Assembly (NCBI GenBank): GCA_963843975.1
Contig: CAWJMG010000001.1
Coordinates: forward strand, 510,001-542,000
Source of the DNA: an uncultured Actinomycetes bacterium
GTDB taxonomy: Bacteria; Actinomycetota; Actinomycetes; S36-B12; CAIYMF01
Direction: 5' to 3'
DNA length: 32,000 nt
Position 1 is the first letter of the stretch; each line of letters opens with the position of its first letter. Below are positions 1-10,470 of this stretch, one piece after another. Under the pieces are notes generated by a model. The model made no database searches and was not told the DNA's origin. It was given only the letters and a program-made list of their open reading frames with translations. A program made the translations under genes and the position numbers.

Positions 1-1216
1 GCAGCTCGAGGTGGTCGGACGCCTCGACCTCGGCCGCGGTCTCGCGGGCCAGGGTGATGGAGTGCTCGATCGCATCCGTGTACGCCTGGGTGCCGTTGAC
101 GACGAGCGAGAACCACAGCGGCAGGCCGCGCGCGCGTCGCGTGAGGTGGTACGCGTAGTCGGTCGGGTTCCACTCGTAGGAGCCGTCGTCGTGGTGGATC
201 GCGTCGAGGTACGACGCGTCCTGCGTGTGCACGCGCTTGGCGAGCCACGGCTCCCGGTAGATCAGCGCGGCGCAGTCGAACGGCGCGAAGAGCCACTTGT
301 GCGGGTCGACGATGAAGGAGTCGGCGAGCTCGATGCCGTCGTACCGCTCGCGGACGCTCGGCGCGAACAGGCCGGCGCCGCCGTACGCGCCGTCGACGTG
401 GAACCAGAGGCCACGCTCGCGCGCGACGGTGCCGATGCCGCGGAGGTCGTCGACGATGCCGGCGTTGGTCGTGCCCGACGTGGCGACGACGCCCACGATC
501 GTCTCGGGGTCGGAGTCGGCGTCGAGGGCCGCGCGCAGGGCGTCGCCGGTGAACCGGTGGTCGGCCATGCGGATGACGAACGGGTCGACGTCGAGGATCG
601 AGAGCGTGTTCTTGATCGACGAGTGCGCCTGGTCGCTGACGGCGATCCGCAGGCGGCGGTAGCGCGCCTGCTCGCCATCGCGCTCGACGAGGCGACGGCG
701 CGCGGTGTCGCGGGCGACGACGAGGGCGGAGAGGTTGCCGGCCGAGCCGCCGGACACGAACGCGCCACCGGCGGTGTCGGGGAGGCCGGCGGCGTCGGAG
801 ATCCAGCGCAGCGCCTGGTTCTCCGCGGCGACGGCGCCCGCGGCCTCGAGCCACGAGATGCCCTGAAGCGACGCCGCCGACACGACCATGTCGAACAGCA
901 GCGCTGCCTTGGTGGGCGCGGCCGGGATGAACGCGAAGAAGCGCGGCGAGTCAGCCGAGAGCACCGTCTGCGACAGGTGGTGCTCGTAGAGGTCCATCAC
1001 GACCGCGGGGTCGGTGCCGTCGGCCGTGATGAGGCCGTCGAGGAGGCCGTCGACGGTCGCCTTGTCGCCGGGGTGGTCGAGCGGCGTCTCCGCGAGCGAG
1101 AGGCGGTCGCGGACGTAGTCGAGGATGAGGGAGACGAGCCGGTCGTCGTTGACGTGCATCCGCTGCTGGGGCGGGACGGGGCTCGAAGCGGGGGTGACAG
1201 GGCTGTCCGGGGTCAT
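1..1216 (-). CDS. Pyridoxal-phosphate-dependent (group II, DOPA/glutamate-decarboxylase fold) amino-acid decarboxylase; 3' end runs off the window
   Basis: Absent from the ORF track because it is open at the window edge. My translation of the minus strand from ATG 1216..1214 gives 405 uninterrupted codons: MTPDSPVTPASS...SPRFFAFIPAAPT...GGSAGNLSALVVAR...SDQAHSSIKN...FHVDGAYGG...SFIVDPHKWLFAPFDC...RRARGLPLWFSL. The DPHKW lysine motif and motif order are typical of PLP decarboxylases. Confidence 0.85.
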   Translation of the reverse strand, partial: MTPDSPVTPASSPVPPQQRMHVNDDRLVSLILDYVRDRLSLAETPLDHPGDKATVDGLLDGLITADGTDPAVVMDLYEHHLSQTVLSADSPRFFAFIPAAPTKAALLFDMVVSAASLQGISWLEAAGAVAAENQALRWISDAAGLPDTAGGAFVSGGSAGNLSALVVARDTARRRLVERDGEQARYRRLRIAVSDQAHSSIKNTLSILDVDPFVIRMADHRFTGDALRAALDADSDPETIVGVVATSGTTNAGIVDDLRGIGTVARERGLWFHVDGAYGGAGLFAPSVRERYDGIELADSFIVDPHKWLFAPFDCAALIYREPWLAKRVHTQDASYLDAIHHDDGSYEWNPTDYAYHLTRRARGLPLWFSLVVNGTQAYTDAIEHSITLARETAAEVEASDHLEL

Positions 1217-1335
1217 TCCGGGGCCTTCCGGGAGCACGGCGCGCCGATGGCCCATCCACGCAGCAGGCGCCGGAGCGGCACTCTAACGCCCAGGAAGGGC
1301 GTCCGACGAACTCCTCGCACCCCTGGCGCCGCGAC

Positions 1336-1341
1336 TAGGAT
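1336..1341 (+). promoter_or_regulatory. -10-like hexamer TAGGAT, 6 nt upstream of the deoC GTG (candidate leaderless promoter)
   Basis: gacTAGGATcggtgaGTG. Matches the actinobacterial TANNNT -10 pattern. No Shine-Dalgarno fits in the 6-nt gap. Confidence 0.45.
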
Positions 1342-1347
1342 CGGTGA

Positions 1348-2328
1348 GTGACCCGCTCCCCCAGCAGCCTGGCCGCCGACCCCGGCGCCCTGGCCGACGC
1401 GACGAGGTCCGACGCGGCGCTCCGGCGCTTCCTCGGCGGCCTCCCCGGAGTCGACCAGGTCGGTGCCGAGTCCCGCGCCGCGGCACTCTCGACCCGCTCG
1501 ATCAAGACGACCGCCAAGGCCTTCGCCATCGACCTCGCGATCTCGATGATCGACCTCACCACGCTGCAGGGGAACGACACCCCGGGCAAGGTGCGCACTC
1601 TCTGCGCGAAGGCCCGCCGGCCGGACGGCCACGACCCGTCCGTGCCGTCGACCGCAGCCGTGTGCGTCTACAACGACCTCGTCGGCCTCGCGAAGGAGGA
1701 GCTCGGCGACAGCGGCGTCAAGGTCGCCGCGGTGACCACGGCGTTCCCCTCCGGCCGCGCATCGATGGCCGTGAAGATCGCGGACACGCGCGACGCCGTC
1801 CGGCAGGGCGCGGACGAGATCGACATGGTGATCGACCGCGGCGCATTCCTGTCCGGCCGCTACCTCGAGGTGTTCGAGGAGATCGCCGCGATCAAGGAGA
1901 TCTGCCACGAGGACGGCGCCGACGCCCACCTCAAGGTGATCCTCGAGACCGGCGAGCTCGCGACGTACGACAACGTCCGACGCGCATCCTGGCTGGCGAT
2001 GATGGCCGGTGCCGACTTCATCAAGACCAGCACCGGCAAGATCTCGCCGGCCGCGACGCTGCCCGTCACGCTCGTGATGCTCGAGGCGTGCCGCGACTGG
2101 CGGGAGACGACCGGCACGCAGATCGGCATGAAGCCGGCCGGCGGCATCAGCACCACCAAGGACGCGATGAAGTACCTGGTGCTGGTCAACGAGACCGTCG
2201 GCACCGACTGGCTCTCGCCCGACTGGTTCCGGTTCGGCGCCTCGAGCCTCCTGAACGACCTGCTGCTGCAGCGCCAGAAGATGGCCTCCGGACGCTACTC
2301 CGGCCCCGACTACGTCACCGTCGACTGA
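1348..2328 (+). CDS. deoC: Deoxyribose-phosphate aldolase (long actinobacterial form)
   Basis: 326-aa ORF with MIDLTTLQGNDTPGKV, DMVIDRGAFLSG, FIKTSTGK (Schiff-base lysine context) and GMKPAGGIST. Class I aldolase TIM-barrel pattern of DERA. Confidence 0.92.
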   Translation: MTRSPSSLAADPGALADATRSDAALRRFLGGLPGVDQVGAESRAAALSTRSIKTTAKAFAIDLAISMIDLTTLQGNDTPGKVRTLCAKARRPDGHDPSVPSTAAVCVYNDLVGLAKEELGDSGVKVAAVTTAFPSGRASMAVKIADTRDAVRQGADEIDMVIDRGAFLSGRYLEVFEEIAAIKEICHEDGADAHLKVILETGELATYDNVRRASWLAMMAGADFIKTSTGKISPAATLPVTLVMLEACRDWRETTGTQIGMKPAGGISTTKDAMKYLVLVNETVGTDWLSPDWFRFGASSLLNDLLLQRQKMASGRYSGPDYVTVD

Positions 2329-2341
2329 CGCGGAGGATCCC

Positions 2342-3781
<1,440 letters not shown>

Positions 3782-3795
3782 CGGAGGATCTGGAC

Positions 3796-4656
3796 ATGGC
3801 CCGACTCGAGGTCCGCAAGACCTACAAGCTCTACATCGGCGGCGCGTTCCCGCGATCGGAGAGCGCGCGCTCGTACGAGGTGACCGACACCAAGGGCCGG
3901 TTCCTCGCCAACGCCGCGCTCGCCTCCCGCAAGGACGCGCGCGACTCCGTCGTCGCGGCACGCAAGGCGTTCGGCGGCTGGAGCAAGGCCACGGCGTACA
4001 ACCGCGGGCAGGTGCTCTACCGCGTCGCCGAGGTCATGGAGGGCCGACGCGCGCAGTTCGTCGACGACGTCGTCGCGTCCGAGGGGCTCACCGCACGTCG
4101 CGCGGAGGCCGTCGTCGACGCCGCGATCGACCGGTGGGTCTGGTACGCCGGCTGGGCCGACAAGCTCGCGCAGGTGCTCGGCTCGACCAACCCGGTCGCC
4201 GGGCCGTACTACAACTTCTCCGTGCCGGAGCCGACCGGCGTCGTCGCGGTCGTGGCGCCGCAGGAGTCGTCCCTGCTCGGCCTCGTGTCCGTGATCGCCC
4301 CGGTGATCGTGAGCGGCAGCACGTGCGTCGTCGTCGCCTCCGAGCGGAGCCCGCTCCCGGCCATCACGCTTTCGGAGGTGCTCGCGACGTCCGACGTGCC
4401 CGGGGGCGTCGTCAACCTGCTCACCGGGTCGGTCGCCGAGATCGCGCCGTGGCTCGCCTCGCACATGGACGTCAACGCGATCGACATCGCCGGCGTCGAC
4501 GACGTCGCGCTGCGCACGTCGCTCGAGGTCGCCGCGGCCGACAACCTCAAGCGCGTACGACGCCCCGACACCGACGACTGGACGGCCGATCCCGGCCTCA
4601 CGCGCATCCGCTCGTTCCTCGAGACCAAGACCGTCTGGCACCCGATCGGTGTCTGA
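3796..4656 (+). CDS. Aldehyde-dehydrogenase-family protein lacking the catalytic domain (286 aa)
   Basis: ATG 3796 with SD GGAGGA at 3783-3788. It is the last 286 codons of track ORF 2566..4656. It matches the ALDH N-terminal/cofactor domain (KLYIGG..., NRGQVLYRVAE, VVAVVAPQESSLLG..., GGVVNLLTG) and ends with an ALDH-like C-terminal strand (FLETKTVWHP). There is no ELGGK Glu and no catalytic Cys segment. Confidence 0.8.
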   Translation: MARLEVRKTYKLYIGGAFPRSESARSYEVTDTKGRFLANAALASRKDARDSVVAARKAFGGWSKATAYNRGQVLYRVAEVMEGRRAQFVDDVVASEGLTARRAEAVVDAAIDRWVWYAGWADKLAQVLGSTNPVAGPYYNFSVPEPTGVVAVVAPQESSLLGLVSVIAPVIVSGSTCVVVASERSPLPAITLSEVLATSDVPGGVVNLLTGSVAEIAPWLASHMDVNAIDIAGVDDVALRTSLEVAAADNLKRVRRPDTDDWTADPGLTRIRSFLETKTVWHPIGV

Positions 4657-5437
4657 CCCGTCCCCGACGGCGTACGAGGCGGCCTGCGACTGGTACGCCG
4701 ACCTCATGCTCGCCCGTGCGTCCACCGTCGTACCGCTGGCCGACGGCGCCTGGGGCGTGCTGTCGCCGGAGTGGCGTCATTCCTTCGTGCACAACGGGAT
4801 CCTCGTGCGCTCCGACCCTGGCGCCGCGCAGGTCATGGCCTGGGCCGACGACGTCCTCGGCGGCGCCGGCCTCGACCACCGCTACCTCGTGGCGCGCTGC
4901 GACCTCTCCCCCTCGACGCTGGACGGCCTGCGAGCGGCCGGCTACGAGCCCGAGCCGTGCGTGCTCATGGCACGCCCGACGTCGACCGGCCCGCTCACGA
5001 GGCCCGAGGGTGCCGTCGTCGAGCAGGTGGACGCCGAGGCAGCCGGCGAGTTCGAGGCTCGCATGTGGCGCACCGAGTGGTTGCCCGGCATCGGCGACGA
5101 CGAGGTGCGCGACCTCGTCGCGCGGCGTGCGTCCAACGATCGCTCGGGGCCGTTCCTGTCGTTCGTCGTCCGCGACGGTGGCGAGGTGGTGGCCTCGGCC
5201 GGTCTCGCCGTCCGCGGCGGCGCCGCCGAGATCGACGGGGTGGCGACGCTCCCGAGCCACCGCGGGCGCGGGTACGCCGACGCCCTCGTCGCGGCCTGCG
5301 TCGACGCAGCCGCCGACGCGGGCTGCACGACCCTGTATCTCGAGGCGCTCGCCGAGGACTGGCCGCGCGGCTGGTACGGCCGTCGAGGCTTCACCGAGCT
5401 AGGACCCGACTGGAGCGCCACCCGCCGCAAGCAGTGA
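4649..5437 (+). CDS. GNAT-family N-acetyltransferase (two-domain type)
   Basis: 262 aa. The GTG start overlaps the preceding stop by 8 nt (GTGTCTGA). The C-terminal half carries acetyl-CoA motif A (LPSHRGRGYADALV) followed by LYLEA...GFTE. Confidence 0.75.
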   Translation: MSDPSPTAYEAACDWYADLMLARASTVVPLADGAWGVLSPEWRHSFVHNGILVRSDPGAAQVMAWADDVLGGAGLDHRYLVARCDLSPSTLDGLRAAGYEPEPCVLMARPTSTGPLTRPEGAVVEQVDAEAAGEFEARMWRTEWLPGIGDDEVRDLVARRASNDRSGPFLSFVVRDGGEVVASAGLAVRGGAAEIDGVATLPSHRGRGYADALVAACVDAAADAGCTTLYLEALAEDWPRGWYGRRGFTELGPDWSATRRKQ

Positions 5438-5493
5438 CCCGATCTGGATGCTTCTCAGGACGTACTAGCCGCCTCTCAGGCATCCAGAGGGGA

Positions 5494-8400
5494 TCAGTCC
5501 TCGTGGCCGAGCTCCTCCTCGGTCTCGCCCGAGAGGCTCCGCTCGACGCCCGCGAGCTGCTCGTAGTAGTGCCAGCGCTCGTCGATGTCGGCCTGCGCCA
5601 GGTGCAGCAGGTGCTCGGACCTCTCGTGGTCGGTCCGGTCGAGCGCGGTGTAGCGGGTCTCGGAGTGCACGAACTGCTCGAGCGTCGTGGTCGGCGGCTT
5701 GCTGTCGAGCGCGAACGGGCGGGTGCCGGCGTCCGGGCTCGGGTGGAAGCGGTAGAGCGGCCAGTAGCCGCTCGTCACGGCCTCCTTCTGGTGCGCCATG
5801 GAGTCGCGCATCTCGATGCCGTGGGCGATGCAGGTCGAGTACGCCAGGATCAGCGACGGCCCGGGCCACGCCGCGGCCTCGAGGATCGCGCGCACCGCCT
5901 GGGTCTCGTTAGCGCCCAGGGCGATCTGCGCGACGTACACGTCGCCGTACGCCTGGGCGAGCAGGCCGAGGTCCTTCTTCTTGGTGGCCTTGCCGGTGCT
6001 GGCGAACTTCGCCGCCGCACCGCGCGGCGTCGACTTGGACGCCTGGCCGCCGGTGTTCGAGTAGACCTCGGTGTCGAGCACGAGGATGTTGACGTTGCGA
6101 CCACTGGCGAGCACGTGGTCGAGGCCGCCGAAGTCGATGTCATAGGCCCAGCCGTCGCCGCCCACGATCCAGACGGACGTCGGCACGAGCGCGTCGGCCA
6201 CCGCGGAGAGCGAGCGCGCCCGCGGGTCGTCGACGTCGGCGAGCGAGTCGCGCAGCCGCTCGACCTGCTGGCGCCGCGCGATGATCCCGGCCTCGTCCTC
6301 GACGTTGGGCTCGTCCTCGACGAGCGGCGCGACGACGTCGGCGGGGAGCTCGTCGGCGAGCGCCCGCAGCAGGCGGTGCGCCTCACTGGTCTGACGCTCG
6401 ACACCGAGACGGATGCCGAGGCCGAACTCGGCATTGTCCTCGAACAGCGAGTTGACCCATGCCGGGCCGCGGCCGTCGCGGTCCTTCGTCCACGGCGTCG
6501 TCGGCAGGTTGCCGCCGTAGATCGAGGAGCAGCCGGTCGCGTTCGCGACGACCATGCGGTCGCCGAGCAGCTGGGTGACGAGCTTGAGGTACGGCGTCTC
6601 GCCGCAGCCCGCGCAGGCTCCGGAGAACTCGAACAGCGGCGTGAGCAGCTGCGAGCCCTTAACCGTCTCGCGGCGGACCTTGGTGCGGTCGACGTCCGGG
6701 ATCTCGAGGAAGTGCTCGTAGCGCGGGCGCTCCACGTCGCGGTGCTCGTCGGCCGGGGCCATGTCGATGGCCTTGTGGTCGGGGTTGAGCTTGTCGTGGA
6801 CGGGACACACGGCGACGCAGATGCCGCAGCCGGTGCAGTCGTCGGGGGCGACCTGGATCGTGAGGAGCATCCCCTCGCCGAGCTCCTTGCCGCTGTACGG
6901 CTTGGAGAGGAACCCCTCGGGAGCCCCGGCGAGCGCGTCGGGCGAGTAGGCCTTCATGCGGATCGCGGCGTGCGGGCAGACGATGGTGCACTTGCCGCAG
7001 TCGATGCAGATCGACGAGTCCCACACCGGGATCTCCTCGGCGAGCTGGCGCTTCTCGAGAGTCGACGTGCCGGTCTCGTACGTGCCGTCGACGCTCATGG
7101 CGCTGACCGGGAGCGAGTCGCCGAGGCCGGCGATCAGCGTCTCCACGACCGTGCGCTCGGCGTCGGGGGCGAGCGGCTCGGCCAGAGCGCCCGGAGGCAC
7201 CTCGACCTGGGCGAGGCCGGCGAGCGCGGCGTCGATCGCGGTCATGTTGCGCTCGACCACCTCGGGGCCGCGCCGGCCGTACGCCTTCTCGACGCCGGCC
7301 TTGACGAGCACGATGGCTCGCTCGACGGGGAGCACGTCGGCGAGGGCGAAGAAGCACGGCTGCATGACGGTGTTGATGCGCGGGCCGAGGCCGGCGTCGC
7401 GGGCGATGGTCGTCGCATCGATGACGTGAACCGCGAGGTGCTTGCGCACGATGTGCCCGCGCGCGTCCTCGGGAAGGTGCGCCCACACGGTCGCCGCGTC
7501 GTACGGGCTGTTGAGCAGCACCGTCGCGCCCGGCCGGGCATGGGCGAGCACGTCGACCCGCGCGAGCAGGCCGAACTGATGGCACGCCACGAAGTCGGCG
7601 TCGTCGATGAGGTACGACGAACGGATCGGGTCGGGCCCGAAGCGCAGGTGCGAGACCGTCATCGAACCGGACTTCTTCGAGTCGTACACGAAGTAGCCCT
7701 GCGCCTGCAGGTCCGTGTGCTCGCCGATGAGCTTGATGCTGTTCTTGTTCGCGCCGACCGTGCCGTCGCTGCCGAGGCCGAAGAACATCGCCTGCACCGT
7801 GCGGGTAGGCAGGCGGAACGACGGGTCGACGTCGAGGGACAGGTGCGTGACGTCGTCGACGATGCCGACGGTGAACCGGTGCCGCGGCTTCGGGGCCGCG
7901 AGCTCGGCGTACACCGCCATGGCGTCCGCGGGCGTGAACTCCTTGGAGCCCAGGCCGTAGCGCCCGCCCGTGATGATCGTGCCGGCCTCCTCGGAGAACG
8001 CGGCCATGACATCGAGGTGCAGCGGCTCGGCGGGTGCGCCGGGCTCCTTGGTGCGGTCGAGCACCGCGATGCGGGTGACGGTCGCCGGCAGTGCCGCACG
8101 CAGCGCATCCGACGGGAACGGCCGGTAGAGGCGGACGACGGCAACGCCGACCTTCTCGCCCCGGCGGACCAGGTGGTCCACGGTCTCGCGCAGGGTGCCG
8201 GTGACCGACCCCATCGCGACGACGACCCGCTCGGCCTCGGGGTGGCCGTGGTAGTCGACGAGGTTGTAGCGGCGCCCCACCCGGTCGCCGAGCTCGGCCA
8301 TGACCTCGGCCACGACGCCGGGCACGGCGTCGTAGTGCGTGTTCGACGCCTCGCGGGACTGGAAGAACACGTCCGGGTTCTGCGCAGACCCGCGCATGAC

Positions 8401-9090
8401 CGGCGCCTCGGGGGTGAGCCCGTACGCGCGGTGCGCCAGGACGTCCTGCTCGCGGATGAGCGCGCGGAGGTCGTCGTCGTCGAGGAGGTCGATCGTGGCC
8501 ACCTCGTGCGAGGTCCGGAAGCCGTCGAAGAAGTGCAGGAACGGCACGCGCGTGCGCAGCGTGGCCGCGTGCGCGACGAGCGCGAAGTCGTGCGCCTCCT
8601 GGACGTCCGACGCGCTGAGCATCGCCCAGCCGGTCGAGCGCACGGACATGACGTCGGAGTGGTCGCCGAAGATCGACAGCGCGTGGGTCGCGACCGCGCG
8701 CGCTGCCACGTGCAGGACGGTCGGCGTGAGCTCGCCGGCCACCTTGAACATCGTCGGGATCATGAGCAGCAGGCCCTGGCTCGCCGTGAACGACGTCGCC
8801 AGAGCGCCTTTCTGCACCGCGCCGTGCAGGGCGGCGGCGGCTCCGCCCTCGGACTGCATCTCGACGACCTCGGGCACCGCTCCCCAGAGGTTCGTGCGGC
8901 CGCCGGCGCTCCATGCGTCCGCCAGCTCGCCCATGGTCGAGGCGGGTGTGATCGGGTAGATGGCGCAGACGTCCGACAGCCGGTGCGCGACGATCGCGGC
9001 CGCCTCGTTCCCATCCAGGCACGCCACGCGCGGCCCGGGCGGCTCGGTCAGGTCGACGCTGTCAGATCCACGTACCGGAGGCTCTCCCAT
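5494..9090 (-). CDS. nifJ: Pyruvate:ferredoxin (flavodoxin) oxidoreductase, single-polypeptide PFOR
   Basis: Contains DGNEAAAIVAHRLSDVCAIYPITPAS, two ferredoxin-type clusters (CIDCGKCTIVCPHAAI and CTGCGICVAVCPV) and the TPP motif GGDGWAYDIDFGGLDH. The stop at 5494 is firm. The start is uncertain. I prefer ATG 9090 (MGEPP...), because the track start at 9204 would leave only 14 bp to the divergent gene. GTG 9027 (VACLDGNEA) is also possible. Confidence 0.9.
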   Translation of the reverse strand: MGEPPVRGSDSVDLTEPPGPRVACLDGNEAAAIVAHRLSDVCAIYPITPASTMGELADAWSAGGRTNLWGAVPEVVEMQSEGGAAAALHGAVQKGALATSFTASQGLLLMIPTMFKVAGELTPTVLHVAARAVATHALSIFGDHSDVMSVRSTGWAMLSASDVQEAHDFALVAHAATLRTRVPFLHFFDGFRTSHEVATIDLLDDDDLRALIREQDVLAHRAYGLTPEAPVMRGSAQNPDVFFQSREASNTHYDAVPGVVAEVMAELGDRVGRRYNLVDYHGHPEAERVVVAMGSVTGTLRETVDHLVRRGEKVGVAVVRLYRPFPSDALRAALPATVTRIAVLDRTKEPGAPAEPLHLDVMAAFSEEAGTIITGGRYGLGSKEFTPADAMAVYAELAAPKPRHRFTVGIVDDVTHLSLDVDPSFRLPTRTVQAMFFGLGSDGTVGANKNSIKLIGEHTDLQAQGYFVYDSKKSGSMTVSHLRFGPDPIRSSYLIDDADFVACHQFGLLARVDVLAHARPGATVLLNSPYDAATVWAHLPEDARGHIVRKHLAVHVIDATTIARDAGLGPRINTVMQPCFFALADVLPVERAIVLVKAGVEKAYGRRGPEVVERNMTAIDAALAGLAQVEVPPGALAEPLAPDAERTVVETLIAGLGDSLPVSAMSVDGTYETGTSTLEKRQLAEEIPVWDSSICIDCGKCTIVCPHAAIRMKAYSPDALAGAPEGFLSKPYSGKELGEGMLLTIQVAPDDCTGCGICVAVCPVHDKLNPDHKAIDMAPADEHRDVERPRYEHFLEIPDVDRTKVRRETVKGSQLLTPLFEFSGACAGCGETPYLKLVTQLLGDRMVVANATGCSSIYGGNLPTTPWTKDRDGRGPAWVNSLFEDNAEFGLGIRLGVERQTSEAHRLLRALADELPADVVAPLVEDEPNVEDEAGIIARRQQVERLRDSLADVDDPRARSLSAVADALVPTSVWIVGGDGWAYDIDFGGLDHVLASGRNVNILVLDTEVYSNTGGQASKSTPRGAAAKFASTGKATKKKDLGLLAQAYGDVYVAQIALGANETQAVRAILEAAAWPGPSLILAYSTCIAHGIEMRDSMAHQKEAVTSGYWPLYRFHPSPDAGTRPFALDSKPPTTTLEQFVHSETRYTALDRTDHERSEHLLHLAQADIDERWHYYEQLAGVERSLSGETEEELGHED

Positions 9091-9204
9091 GCCTCGCAGT
9101 CTGCGCCCGCCGTACGGCGGGATGCAGCCCGTCCGGACGACGTCACCGGAGACACTGGTCACGTCGTCAACCATCTCCGCCGGGACCGGCAGCCGCGGCG
9201 CCAC

Positions 9205-9210
9205 TAGGGT
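9205..9210 (+). promoter_or_regulatory. -10-like hexamer TAGGGT, 8 nt upstream of ATG 9219 (candidate leaderless promoter)
   Basis: CCACTAGGGTtctgcgccATG. The 10-mer CCACTAGGGT recurs on the minus strand upstream of the BMP lipoprotein gene (19560-19569). Confidence 0.4.
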
Positions 9211-9218
9211 TCTGCGCC

Positions 9219-9827
9219 ATGGAGGGGACGTCGGCCTGCGTGGTGCTGCTGTGCGGCCCCTCAGGGTCGGGCAAGAGCCACATCGCCGCCCGCAGCGGCC
9301 TCCCGGTGTTCCGGCTCGACGACTTCTACCGCGACGGCGACGACCCCGCGATGCCCCGCTCCGACGAGCTCGGCATCGTCGACTGGGACGACCCGCGCTC
9401 CTGGAAGGCCGACGAGGCCGTGGCGGCGCTCGAGGAGCTGTGCCGCACCGGCCGGGTGCAGGTTCCGACGTACGACATCCCGCAGAACCGCGCGACGGGC
9501 ACCGCAGTGGTCGAGCTGCGCGGGGCGCCGGCCGTGGTGGCCGAGGGCGTGTTCGCCGCCGAGATCATCGAGCAGCTGCGCGAGCGCGGCCTGCTGGCCG
9601 ACGCCGTGGTGCTCCACCGCACGCCGTGGAAGAACTTCGTACGCCGGTTCGCGCGCGACCTGAAGGAGCGCCGCAAGCCCCCGCTCACGCTGTGGCAGCG
9701 CGGGCGTCTGCTCATGGCTGCCGAGCCGGGCATCGTCGCCGACGCCTGCGCCCACGGGTGCCGACGCGTCAGCGCCCGCGAGCTCAGCGACCTCCTGCAC
9801 GGCCTCAAGGCCGGCGCGACCGCCTGA
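9219..9827 (+). CDS. Uridine-kinase-like P-loop nucleoside/nucleotide kinase family protein
   Basis: 202 aa. Walker A is CGPSGSGKSH, followed by LDDFY, as in the Udk/PRK family. Substrate cannot be assigned from sequence. Confidence 0.65.
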   Translation: MEGTSACVVLLCGPSGSGKSHIAARSGLPVFRLDDFYRDGDDPAMPRSDELGIVDWDDPRSWKADEAVAALEELCRTGRVQVPTYDIPQNRATGTAVVELRGAPAVVAEGVFAAEIIEQLRERGLLADAVVLHRTPWKNFVRRFARDLKERRKPPLTLWQRGRLLMAAEPGIVADACAHGCRRVSARELSDLLHGLKAGATA

Positions 9828-9837
9828 CCGGAGCCCC

Positions 9838-9843
9838 TAGGGT
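9838..9843 (+). promoter_or_regulatory. -10-like hexamer TAGGGT, 6 nt upstream of GTG 9850 (candidate leaderless promoter)
   Basis: ccCTAGGGTcgacgcGTG. No SD is possible in the gap. Confidence 0.4.
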
Positions 9844-9849
9844 CGACGC

Positions 9850-10461
9850 GTGCAGTTCGTACTGGCGGGTCTCGCGCTCGGCCTCGGTGCCGGTCTGGCG
9901 CCCGGTCCACTGATGGCCCTGGTCGTGACGACCACGCTGGCGCACGGGTTCCGGTCCGGCGTCCGCGTCGCCTTCAGCCCGCTCGTCACCGACGTCGTCG
10001 TCATCGCGGTGAGCGTCCTCGTGGTCGGCGCCCTGCCCGACCGCGCGACGGCGGCGCTCGGCGTCGCCGGAGGGCTGTACGTCGTCTGGCTCGGGGTCGA
10101 GGCCCTGCGCGAGCACGACGTCGCCGTCGAGGATGCGCCGCGGGCCGAACGTGACCCGCTCTGGCGCGGCGCGCTGCTCAACCTGCTCTCGCCGCACCCG
10201 TGGGTCTTCTGGCTCGCCGTGGGCGGCCCGGTGCTGGTCTCCGCCTGGTCGTCCTCCGCCGCGGCGGCTGCCGGCTTCCTGCTGGGCTTCTACCTGCTGC
10301 TGGTGGGCAGCAAGGTGGTGCTCGCGGTTCTCGTCGCCGGCGGACGCCGACGGCTGGACGACCGCGGCCTGCGCACCGCCCACCGCGTGGCCGGCACCCT
10401 GCTGCTGCTCACCGGAGTCCTGCTCGTGGCCGAGTTCGCCCCGGCCCTCGTCGCAGGCTGA
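9850..10461 (+). CDS. LysE/RhtB-family amino-acid exporter
   Basis: 203 aa, about 6 hydrophobic segments. N-terminal GLALGLGAGLAPGPL motif and a central charged loop, typical of LysE-type translocators. Confidence 0.8.
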   Translation: MQFVLAGLALGLGAGLAPGPLMALVVTTTLAHGFRSGVRVAFSPLVTDVVVIAVSVLVVGALPDRATAALGVAGGLYVVWLGVEALREHDVAVEDAPRAERDPLWRGALLNLLSPHPWVFWLAVGGPVLVSAWSSSAAAAAGFLLGFYLLLVGSKVVLAVLVAGGRRRLDDRGLRTAHRVAGTLLLLTGVLLVAEFAPALVAG

Positions 10462-10470
10462 CGGGACGGG

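Noticed and set aside
5443-5488. Inverted repeat TCTGGATGC ... GCATCCAGA between the convergent GNAT and PFOR stops, as a bidirectional terminator
   Set aside because: The 9-bp arms are real, but the loop is 28 nt and no T/A tracts flank it, so a terminator call is not supportable. It may still form part of a larger structure.
9091-9204. PFOR start at the most upstream codon (GTG 9204, 1236 aa)
   Set aside because: It would leave 14 bp to the divergent udk-like gene and overlap that gene's -10-like hexamer. The extra 38 residues have no counterpart before the conserved DGNEAAA N-terminus. This is kept as an uncertainty rather than excluded absolutely.
4771-9207. 1478-aa plus-strand ORF, the longest in the track
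   Set aside because: It lies antisense to the PFOR gene and is dominated by Arg/Gly/Asp/Ala/Val runs with no recognisable motif. It is the expected stop-free antisense frame of GC-rich coding DNA, whereas the minus-strand frame has unmistakable PFOR motifs.
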